The notes beneath the pieces are model-generated. The model saw only the letters and a program-made list of their open reading frames with translations, did no database searches and was not told the DNA's origin. Of a stretch of 64,000 nucleotides of DNA, positions 45,115 through 52,774 are shown in pieces. The first letter of the stretch is position 1. Each line of letters starts with the position of its first letter. This DNA is from Candidatus Micrarchaeota archaeon (GTDB taxonomy: Archaea; Micrarchaeota; Micrarchaeia; Micrarchaeales; Micrarchaeaceae): assembly GCA_021810105.1 (NCBI GenBank), contig JAJZJM010000001.1, positions 296,850 through 360,849 on the forward strand. Reading direction: 5' to 3'. The translations under genes and the position numbers were made by a program.

Positions 45115-46110
45115 ATGGATGTTTTTAAACCTTTTCATACTAAACTATTTGGCGATTTTATTAAGACTGAAAGAATATATAGATTAATTAGCACATTTGC
45201 AGCTGCATATCTGGCTTTGTTCGCTGCAACTATCGGACTTACCCAATTTACATTTGCCGGAACAGCATCAAATACAGTAGTTGCTTCGGTATCAATACCT
45301 AGCTCGTGCTTTATAAGTGGTGCAAATTCGATAAACCTGGGTAACAGCCTTCAGCCTGATACAAACTACCCTGCAAGCACCTCTTTTACAGTGAATGACC
45401 CTGGAGGAAATGCTGCATCTAACATATTAATTGCAGCTTCAGGCAACTGGATGCTTGGATCAAACAGCATATATTTTGGCAATGTTATATGGAGCAATAC
45501 GTTAAATTCTGCAACAGGTACAGGATTGACCAATACATTAGCAAATACGCTTATACAGATACCGGCTCCGTCTAGCGGAACTCCAACAACAAACAGTAAT
45601 GTTTATCTTGGGATACAGATCCCTGCTGGCCAAGCGCCAGGAGTATATACATCTAATATACTTTTCCAGAATTCATGCTACCCATCAAACTCTGTCACAT
45701 TGACAGTCCCTACAACAGCAAACGTAGTTCCGTTCTGCTACATATCCCTTAGCACAAACACAATAAACTTTGGCAGTATTGCGCCAGGGGCGAACGTACC
45801 TACTGCAAATACGGTTGTAGTAAGCAACCCTGGAGGAAATGCTGCAGCAAACGTGCTTGTTGACGGAACAAACTGGGCATCAAGCTCAAGTAGCTTTGGT
45901 GTTTCAAACACAATATGGGATGTCTCTTCGCAAACCACGTATAATGGGGTTGCATTGAGCAACTCATTAGCCATTACTGGGATAATATTGGCTGCTCCAA
46001 ATACAGTAAACACAATAACAAGCAATGACATATACTTCGGATTGGGAGTGCCTACCGCCACAGTTGCAGGAACATACACACAGAACATATTGATCGAGAA
46101 CTCCTGCTGA
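45115..46110 (+). CDS. Secreted protein made of two Cys-bounded ~120-aa beta domains (pilin/adhesin-like)
   Basis: The N-terminal hydrophobic segment is ISTFAAAYLALFAATIGL. Domain A (nt 45307-45678) and domain B (45736-46107) each start and end with Cys. Both are homologous to the last 117 aa of the giant protein. Confidence 0.7.
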   Translation: MDVFKPFHTKLFGDFIKTERIYRLISTFAAAYLALFAATIGLTQFTFAGTASNTVVASVSIPSSCFISGANSINLGNSLQPDTNYPASTSFTVNDPGGNAASNILIAASGNWMLGSNSIYFGNVIWSNTLNSATGTGLTNTLANTLIQIPAPSSGTPTTNSNVYLGIQIPAGQAPGVYTSNILFQNSCYPSNSVTLTVPTTANVVPFCYISLSTNTINFGSIAPGANVPTANTVVVSNPGGNAAANVLVDGTNWASSSSSFGVSNTIWDVSSQTTYNGVALSNSLAITGIILAAPNTVNTITSNDIYFGLGVPTATVAGTYTQNILIENSC

Positions 46111-46114
46111 TTTG

Positions 46115-46819
46115 ATGAAAAAGATAGCTGGTTTTGATTGTAAAAGCCTATTCGTATTATTCTTTGTGGGATTCGCTCTGCTATCTTTCATGATGATGTT
46201 ACCTGCGGCACAACTTGGTGAAGAGGCAGGGTCCCTCAACTTCAACGTGCAGGTAGGCCATAACCAGACCCTGCAAATGCATTTGGGGAACTCTGGAAAT
46301 GTGCCTGTAGGATTCAAGATACAACTTCCTTCAATAACAGAGCAAGATAATCAAAGTCCGCCCATTATAACGGCTAGCCCTTTATACGGAGTGGTGCAGC
46401 CATATTCTACTTTTCCTGTAAATATAACAGTTTTTATGCCGTTAAATGATACTCCTGGCGCAACAACATGGAGTGTAATAATATCGGCAGTGCAGTCGAA
46501 TAACGCATCAAACCCCGGAGGCGCTGTGATAGAGGAAGGAGTGGCCAAGATTGCATCCATAAGCGCAATTCTATCAACAACGAGCACTTCAACAGTGACC
46601 ACAACCGTATTGCAGAGGCTCGGCGCAACAGCCCCATTAGTACCCTCTTCGATGCTAGTCATAATAGTAGTAGTGATTGTAATTGTAGTGCTAAGTGCAG
46701 CCGCATTGGCGCTTTATATTAAATCGAAGAAAACCTCTAGAAATAGATCCAAGCACGCACGAAAGACTTCGGGAAGGGCGCGCAAAACAAAGAGCGCACA
46801 TTCCGTAAATCGGCGCTGA
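46115..46819 (+). CDS. Bitopic membrane protein with one beta-sandwich-like ectodomain, S/T linker, C-terminal TM and a strongly basic tail
   Basis: The N-terminal hydrophobic segment is LFVLFFVGFALLSFMMMLPA. The Ig-like pattern is LNFNVQVGHNQTLQMHLGNSGNVPVGFKIQLP...PYSTFPVNITVFMP. The TM is MLVIIVVVIVIVVLSAAALALYI and the tail is KSKKTSRNRSKHARKTSGRARKTKSAH. Confidence 0.65.
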   Translation: MKKIAGFDCKSLFVLFFVGFALLSFMMMLPAAQLGEEAGSLNFNVQVGHNQTLQMHLGNSGNVPVGFKIQLPSITEQDNQSPPIITASPLYGVVQPYSTFPVNITVFMPLNDTPGATTWSVIISAVQSNNASNPGGAVIEEGVAKIASISAILSTTSTSTVTTTVLQRLGATAPLVPSSMLVIIVVVIVIVVLSAAALALYIKSKKTSRNRSKHARKTSGRARKTKSAHSVNRR

Positions 46820-46838
46820 TTTTCAGGCATAAATAGAG

Positions 46839-47990
46839 TCAGGGCTGCATCCAGTCTATTTCATAGTACTCGTAACTGCTACTTGGGAGCTCTATTCTCC
46901 TTACTTTATAGTATGTTACTGCAGTCTCCCTGTCTGCGATTGCGATGATAAGCTCGAGTCTCCTTTCCATGGAGGCACTTATTATCGCAGAAAGCTCACT
47001 GCCGCCTATGTACTCTTCCTCTCCTATCGAAAGCATGCCGAACCTTGGAGCGTCGTTCTTTGGATTCTCTGTGTCTTTGCCCTTTCTATGATATAGCACA
47101 AAGTCTATGTCTAGATTTTTCTTCCTGCTTATTCCAGGTATGGCGAGTATGAAAGTCTTCCTAACAGAATGCGCAACCCTTATGGCCCTGGCCCATTCCG
47201 ATATCAGAAGCTTTGAATCCCTTGGAAATACATGAATGACATGCTTTGAATGCATCCATGATGGATCGTCCCTTATCGGCCTTGCCCCTGGAAAATATAT
47301 CCTAAAATGGGTGCCGAACTTGAATCCCGTTTTTACTACATATCCCTTGCCCCTCCAATCAGCATAGACCTGGTAGAGCTTCTGGAAGTCTTTCCTTCTC
47401 CTTGATGCTATTTGGATTATTTCCGATTTTGATAGGTTATCCACTTTCAGCACTCCTTTATCTATTAGGAATAGAGTTTCGTATATGTCTAACTTATTCA
47501 GAGTCCCGTGCTCCCCCATCTTGTATGTTCCGTATTGCCCAAACCACAACTCATTGTATATCCTTTTGCTGTCTTCGTTTTCGTCTGCTATTGTGATAAG
47601 GTCGTCAGTGAAAAACTCGCCAGTCATGCCATAGCCTGAGAGCTTGAGCTTTCCTGAAGGGTATTTTTTAACCGGAGATTTGCTGTTTTCCTTTCCTTTA
47701 TATGATGCCGGTTTTATTATCAATCCGCGATCCCTCCAGTCCTTGTATGTAAAATACCTTGCTATTACCTTTTTGGGCTGCTTTTCTGCCAATTGGTTGA
47801 ATGAGAGAGCTTCTCCCTGCGAGTTTACGCATTCTGCCTTCCTTACATCCATCAGGTACATCGCTTCCTCAGGGCATAGGCATAACCGGCCATTTTCAAA
47901 CAGCCCTATGAATCCGTCTTTTAATATGTCTGTTGTAGATTGGTCTGCTGCGAATATCGCGCCTTTCTCTTGAATAAGCTTCAAAGTCAT
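46839..47990 (-). CDS. endA: tRNA-splicing endonuclease, unusually long multi-unit form
   Basis: A catalytic unit reads YQVYADWRGKGYVVKTGFKFGTHFRIYFPG...SKHVIHV...AHSVRKTFILA. A second degenerate copy of the Y..Y.DWR.[RK]G motif (YFTYKDWRDRGLIIK) lies upstream, and ~100 extra aa lie downstream. I prefer the start at MTLKLIQ (47990), which overlaps the dph5 stop by 4 nt. Confidence 0.8.
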   Translation of the reverse strand: MTLKLIQEKGAIFAADQSTTDILKDGFIGLFENGRLCLCPEEAMYLMDVRKAECVNSQGEALSFNQLAEKQPKKVIARYFTYKDWRDRGLIIKPASYKGKENSKSPVKKYPSGKLKLSGYGMTGEFFTDDLITIADENEDSKRIYNELWFGQYGTYKMGEHGTLNKLDIYETLFLIDKGVLKVDNLSKSEIIQIASRRRKDFQKLYQVYADWRGKGYVVKTGFKFGTHFRIYFPGARPIRDDPSWMHSKHVIHVFPRDSKLLISEWARAIRVAHSVRKTFILAIPGISRKKNLDIDFVLYHRKGKDTENPKNDAPRFGMLSIGEEEYIGGSELSAIISASMERRLELIIAIADRETAVTYYKVRRIELPSSSYEYYEIDWMQP

Positions 47991-48751
47991 AGCACTCCCT
48001 TCATCGATTCCATTGTCTCCCTTTCTATATCTGTGATTGCAGCGGGTATTATTAGGCATGCCATGCCGTTTTGCTCTATTGACATTGCCTCTGATACCTT
48101 CATGCTTTCCGCCTTTTCATCTTCAGTGCCGAGACTGAGCAGCACAAGGATGTTGCTGCTGCTAGAGATTATGCCCTTGCCATAATGCGCCTCTGCCTTT
48201 TCAAGAATTTCTAATGCGCTTTTAATAGAAATTGAATTTCCGCTTTCCTCGTTGTAATCCAGCAGCACTAGCGAATGGTTATTCTTGGAATGGTTCTTTT
48301 CTATTGTCTCGTAGAAGGATACCGGCTTATACTTGTCCGTCCACCTTGGTATCGTGCAGACCGCACCAAACCTGTAAAAATCAAGGCCGCTTCTGCCTAT
48401 GGCTGCGGTGAATACACTTGATGAGTAGATTATTCTAACTTTGGCACCTTGCTTTTTTGCTTCTATGAAAAGTATCTTGTGGGTTGTTGCAATCAGAGGA
48501 TCTCCTCCAGTCAACACAGATATATCTGAATCCTTTGACTCTCCCACTATTCTGGATGCGTTCTCTTCCAGATCTTTTCTTTTGAGCATGACCACTTCCT
48601 TGCTTATCAGCCTGGATATGTGAGATGTTTTTTCCTTGTTCATGCTGCTGGTGTATGCCTCAGCATAAACTTTAGTTGAAGATTTGGCCGCGCTCACTCC
48701 ATCCACTGATATTCCTTCACGAGATAGCCCTGTGCCTATAAGGAATAGCAT
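47987..48751 (-). CDS. dph5: Diphthine synthase
   Basis: MLFLIGTGLS...KVYAEAYTS...LTGGDPLIATTH shows the tetrapyrrole-methylase-fold motifs typical of Dph5. Length is 254 aa. Confidence 0.85.
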   Translation of the reverse strand: MLFLIGTGLSREGISVDGVSAAKSSTKVYAEAYTSSMNKEKTSHISRLISKEVVMLKRKDLEENASRIVGESKDSDISVLTGGDPLIATTHKILFIEAKKQGAKVRIIYSSSVFTAAIGRSGLDFYRFGAVCTIPRWTDKYKPVSFYETIEKNHSKNNHSLVLLDYNEESGNSISIKSALEILEKAEAHYGKGIISSSSNILVLLSLGTEDEKAESMKVSEAMSIEQNGMACLIIPAAITDIERETMESMKGVL

Positions 48752-48763
48752 TAAACCACATAG

Positions 48764-49726
48764 CTATGCTATGCCATCTGGAGTTATCTTTATTATGCAT
48801 TCTCCCTCAGGCATGTTAGGTGAATCCACAAGCCTCACTATCCTCTTCTCTTCTTTGCTTTTTCTCATATAAAGCCTGGTAGTGGCAGCGTGAGCTATGA
48901 TATTGCCGCCTATTGGCACTGTAGGGTCGCCAAACATTATTCCAGGGTTGTCCATTACCTGGTTTGTTATATAAGCCGCTAGGCTGTATTTGTCTGAGAG
49001 CGTCTGCAGCCTATGTATGTGCTGGTTAAGTTTTTGCTGCCTTTCTCCCAACGAACCTCTGCCTACGAATTCCGCCCTGAATAGAGAGGTTAGAGAATCT
49101 ATTATTATGAGTTTTATGTTCTTTTCCTGTATGAGCTTATCCGCCCTTTCTAGAGACAGAATCTGCTGTTCTGTAGTAAGGGTTCTTACAAGCATTATGT
49201 TTTCCAATGCTTTTTCAGGGTTAATGCCTGCCGCCTTTGCAATAGATTCTATCCTTTCTGGCCTGAATGTGCCTTCTGTATCCAGAAATAGCACGTTTCC
49301 GTCAAGGCCTCCCTTTTCCCTGGGTAGCTGTGCATTTACAGCAATCTGGAAACCGAGCTGCGTTTTGCCGCTTGCAAACCTTCCATACGACTCTGTTATG
49401 CCATTTGTTTCTATTCCCCCTCCTATAAGCTCATCAAGATCCTTTGACCCTGTGCTTATCTTGCCGATCTGCTTCCTTTTATCATAGAACTGCCCTCCGG
49501 TCTCGTACGTTAGCGTTGTTGATTCCTGTGCAGCCTGGACCGCCTTTTTAGCTGCGTCTACGCTTATTCCAGAGATCTCTGCAAGTTCATGCGGGGCTGT
49601 TATTGCAACTTTATCAAGGCTATCTATGCCTGCCGCCTTAAGTTTGGCAGCCGTTGTAGGGCCTATACCTGGAAGATCCTCAAGTTCACGTATTGCTTTT
49701 TCCTTTGGCATTAAAACACGCAACAA
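48764..49726 (-). CDS. radA: DNA repair and recombination protein RadA
   Basis: The N-terminal HhH is LEDLPGIGPTTAAKLKAAGI. Walker A is GRFASGKTQ. LFLDTEGTFRPERI and Walker B LIIIDSL are also present. Confidence 0.95.
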   Translation of the reverse strand: MLRVLMPKEKAIRELEDLPGIGPTTAAKLKAAGIDSLDKVAITAPHELAEISGISVDAAKKAVQAAQESTTLTYETGGQFYDKRKQIGKISTGSKDLDELIGGGIETNGITESYGRFASGKTQLGFQIAVNAQLPREKGGLDGNVLFLDTEGTFRPERIESIAKAAGINPEKALENIMLVRTLTTEQQILSLERADKLIQEKNIKLIIIDSLTSLFRAEFVGRGSLGERQQKLNQHIHRLQTLSDKYSLAAYITNQVMDNPGIMFGDPTVPIGGNIIAHAATTRLYMRKSKEEKRIVRLVDSPNMPEGECIIKITPDGIA

Positions 49727-49965
49727 GTATTCTCATTTTATATTTTTAGCTGTTTGTGTGCTAACACATATAAATTAAAAGATTATGTAAGATAATAAAG
49801 CAATAAAAGAAGAAATAGTGCCAGCGTGGTTAACACGCTGGCAAGGCGACCAGTTCTTCACGACCTTCCTACAGTAGAGAACCCGTAATAAGCTATCCGA
49901 ATATAGGTTTAAAAAGCTTTCTTATATCGTCAAATAGTGGAATAACTTTCCAAAAAGATGGATGT

Positions 49966-50679
49966 ATGACTTTCCTTACTTTGAACAGAAATGGGGTAAT
50001 CGTAGCATTGCTATTGGGAGCGTTGTTGCTGGTATTCGGAGACTTTAACCCAATATTTGTGCTCTTTATGCTTTATTTCCTTGTGCTGTCAGCAATAGTG
50101 ACCACTACAGGAAAGCACTACAAGAAGAGGATAAAAGTTTATGAGAGGTCCAGGGGCACTTGGAACGTATTGTCTAATGGTCTTGGACCTTTGATATTTA
50201 CTGTGCTTTTCTTTATTTCTTTTGCAGTATTCAACTTGACAACCATAGGATATTTGATGGCAATAGGCTTCGGTGCAAGCGTTGCTTCAATAGCTGCGGA
50301 TAAGTTCAGCAGCGAGATAGGAGTACTGAACGGCGCACCTCGCGATATCTTTACATTCAAGAAGCTTAAGAAAGGCATGTCTGGAGGGATAACAGGATTG
50401 GGATTATTTGCAGGTTTTATTGGCGCGGTGCTGGTATCTGTGCCGTTTTCTTACTTTTCTTTGGGAGGTGTTCCGCTCAATTTGGAGATTGAATACATTG
50501 CAATTTTGGCGGTTCCTATAATAATCGGCGGTTTTGCTGGAACTGTTGTTGATTCAATAATGGGGCATTTTGAGGAGAGAGGTATTGGTAATAAATTTAC
50601 CTCTAATTTTATATGCAGTGTTTGCGGCGGTATAGTGGGCATTCTGGTATTTATGCTGGTATCTATATTGCTAGCATGA
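49966..50679 (+). CDS. DUF92 / TMEM19-family integral membrane protein
   Basis: It is polytopic. AADKFSSEIGVL and VVDSIMGHFEERG match my memory of the conserved D..SEiG and DS.lGa.E motifs of DUF92. Confidence 0.6.
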   Translation: MTFLTLNRNGVIVALLLGALLLVFGDFNPIFVLFMLYFLVLSAIVTTTGKHYKKRIKVYERSRGTWNVLSNGLGPLIFTVLFFISFAVFNLTTIGYLMAIGFGASVASIAADKFSSEIGVLNGAPRDIFTFKKLKKGMSGGITGLGLFAGFIGAVLVSVPFSYFSLGGVPLNLEIEYIAILAVPIIIGGFAGTVVDSIMGHFEERGIGNKFTSNFICSVCGGIVGILVFMLVSILLA

Positions 50680-50690
50680 TGCTGCGCTTG

Positions 50691-51791
50691 TTATGGCAGC
50701 ATTGAAGTGAGTTCAAACATTCTTTCCATAGATCTTCTAGCCCCCTGTGTAATTTCTGGGCCTAGATTTACCTCGTGAATTTCTTTTTTTAGAGAATCGA
50801 GGAGATTGTTTAGGTTATTTTTTCTCATATAGTCGCAAAACCTACACGGAGTGAAAAATTCTTTTTCAGGGAAGGCTTCGCGCAGAGGGGCAGCCATGTC
50901 GCATTCGGTTATGAAAAGGACATTCTTCATGTTCGGCTTTCCTTTAAGGTACTCAATCATTTTTTCGGTGCCGCCAACCGCATCTGCCATATTTGCGATC
51001 GAAGGACGAACCTCAGGGTGTGCAATGACAACATCTATCCTGTTGTTTTTTCTGTACTCATGGATATCAAATTCCGTAAATTTGTTGTGGACCATGCATG
51101 TTCCGTCTTTAAGCAATGGGGCTTCTTTTTCGTTTATTTTTATTCGTTCCTCCTTTCCTGTTAAAATATCCTCCATGATTATACTGCCATCATCTATCAT
51201 TTTGTATGCAAGATATCTTTTTCCGTTCTGCTTATTGCGCATGCCTGTTATAATGTTCTTTGAAAAAAAATAGTCGGGCAATAGAATTACCGGATTGCCT
51301 TCTATGTTGCTTAATATTGCGCCGGCATTTGCAGATGTGCATACCGCATCTACCTCGGACTTTACCTCTGCTGTAGTGTTTATGTAAGCAACTATTGCAG
51401 CCTTAGGGTAATTCTCCCTTATTTTTCGGAGAGCATTTACATTCATTCCGTCTGCTATAGAGCATCCGGCTTTTGGATCCGGAATAACTACTTTCTTGCC
51501 AGGGCACATTGATTTTACCATTTCTGCCATGAAGTATACAGTAGAAGTAACTATCAGACTAATTTCATTTGGAAGGGCTTTTGCATATGATGCAAGCGCC
51601 AAGGAATCTCCAGCTTTGTCAGCTATGAGCTGTATTGGAGGAATTTGGTAATAATGGGCGAGTATGACGGCATGCTTTGCCTTTCTTATGCGGTCTATCT
51701 CCTCCAGCTTAGGCATTATGATATCCAATTCTGAGTCAGAGTACTTGTGAATTGTGGAAAGCTTCTTTTTAATCTGTTCTAAGTCTGCCAT
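50691..51791 (-). CDS. nadA: Quinolinate synthase NadA
   Basis: ILAHYYQ is present. Conserved Cys residues (AGCSIADGM, GTCMVHNKF, ITECDMAA) fit the 4Fe-4S ligand pattern. At 366 aa it is somewhat longer than typical. Confidence 0.8.
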   Translation of the reverse strand: MADLEQIKKKLSTIHKYSDSELDIIMPKLEEIDRIRKAKHAVILAHYYQIPPIQLIADKAGDSLALASYAKALPNEISLIVTSTVYFMAEMVKSMCPGKKVVIPDPKAGCSIADGMNVNALRKIRENYPKAAIVAYINTTAEVKSEVDAVCTSANAGAILSNIEGNPVILLPDYFFSKNIITGMRNKQNGKRYLAYKMIDDGSIIMEDILTGKEERIKINEKEAPLLKDGTCMVHNKFTEFDIHEYRKNNRIDVVIAHPEVRPSIANMADAVGGTEKMIEYLKGKPNMKNVLFITECDMAAPLREAFPEKEFFTPCRFCDYMRKNNLNNLLDSLKKEIHEVNLGPEITQGARRSMERMFELTSMLP

Positions 51792-51844
51792 TTTGCCATT
51801 ATTGTAACTTATGCAGGATATTTATAGCGATTAGATTAACACTA

Positions 51845-51928
51845 TGCGCCAGCCGGGATTTGAACCCGGGTTACGAGCTTATTCCTAGTATGGGAAGCTC
51901 GGATCCTACCAGGCTAGATTACTGGCGC
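51845..51928 (-). tRNA. tRNA-Gly (anticodon CCC) with an 11-nt intron at 37/38
   Basis: The reverse complement reads GCGCCAG-TA-ATCT-AGCCTGGT-AGGAT-C-CGAGC-TTCCCA[TACTAGGAATA]A-GCTCG-TAAC-CCGGG-TTCAAAT-CCCGG-CTGGCGC-A. The acceptor and T stems are perfect. It is 84 nt in total. Confidence 0.8.
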
Positions 51929-51952
51929 AGCTTTCTGCTTTAATTAGCGCAT

Positions 51953-52774
51953 TTACCTTATATAAGAAAGGCTAGAATCTGGCTTTCCTCCATGCGAGGC
52001 GTCCTGCGGAGGCATTTGCAATGACATAGACATCTGCTGTTCAATCTCTTTTAGCGCCTTTGCTGTTTTATTTATTATTTTGTCTAAGCTGTCAGTGTTG
52101 ATAGGTATCTCAAGCCTTTCGGATAGTACAGCGAGCACTGATTTTGCTGCAGCTGCATCTAGGTCCATTATTGCAGTCTCACCCATCAGGCATATCCCTG
52201 GAATTCCCCTCATCTTGCCAAGCACAACTATCATTCCTGCAGACCCCCAAATCATGCCTTTTGTCTTGCCGAACAGCACCTTGCTGCCTTTGAACGAGTT
52301 TATTACCTTTTTGTCAGTAGCGTTGCCGAATACCTTGGGTGTGCCTGTTATTGGTTCTGCTGGAGCGTACCCGCCAATAGTGTAGATGTATTTGCCGCCA
52401 AGCTCATTCTTGAAGAAGTCTACCAGCTTTAGGTTGACTTCATGCTGTCCTTCCGGTGTTATAGGCTGGTCGTCACCTGTAAGAAGCACAATGTCGCTCA
52501 TTCCTTTCTTTTTGGGCTTTATATGGTAGAACCTTATGCTCGCCATCCTCAGGCCTCCTGATTTAAGCATTATTGTCCTATGCGGGAGATGATTTGAATA
52601 TAATATTGCGAATTTATTTGCATTGAATTCGTTTTTAAGATGCTCTACAACCAGTTTCCCTACGCTGCCAACGCCAGGTAGGCCTACAAGAAGCACTGGT
52701 TTGTTTAGCTTTATAACGCCTTTCGTTTTTATCCATGTGCCTGATTCGATATTAGATTTGGGCAAGTATATCAT
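51953..52774 (-). CDS. PAC2-family protein (proteasome assembly chaperone-like)
   Basis: LLVGLPGVGSVGKLVVEHL matches the PAC2/DUF75 N-terminal GfPG.G.VG motif. It sits next to aIF2-alpha, as in many archaea. Confidence 0.6.
   Translation of the reverse strand: MIYLPKSNIESGTWIKTKGVIKLNKPVLLVGLPGVGSVGKLVVEHLKNEFNANKFAILYSNHLPHRTIMLKSGGLRMASIRFYHIKPKKKGMSDIVLLTGDDQPITPEGQHEVNLKLVDFFKNELGGKYIYTIGGYAPAEPITGTPKVFGNATDKKVINSFKGSKVLFGKTKGMIWGSAGMIVVLGKMRGIPGICLMGETAIMDLDAAAAKSVLAVLSERLEIPINTDSLDKIINKTAKALKEIEQQMSMSLQMPPQDASHGGKPDSSLSYIR

Noticed and set aside
45115-45260. Type IV pilin-like (class III) or SipW/TasA-type signal peptide on the 331-aa protein.
   Set aside because: The N-terminus (MDVFKPFHTKLFGDFIKTERIYRLISTFAAAYLALFAATIGLTQFTFAG) lacks the short basic leader + G/A cleavage motif of archaeal prepilins. 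Its resemblance to the TasA G-T-x-A-x-F motif is only vague. I cannot support either assignment by eye.
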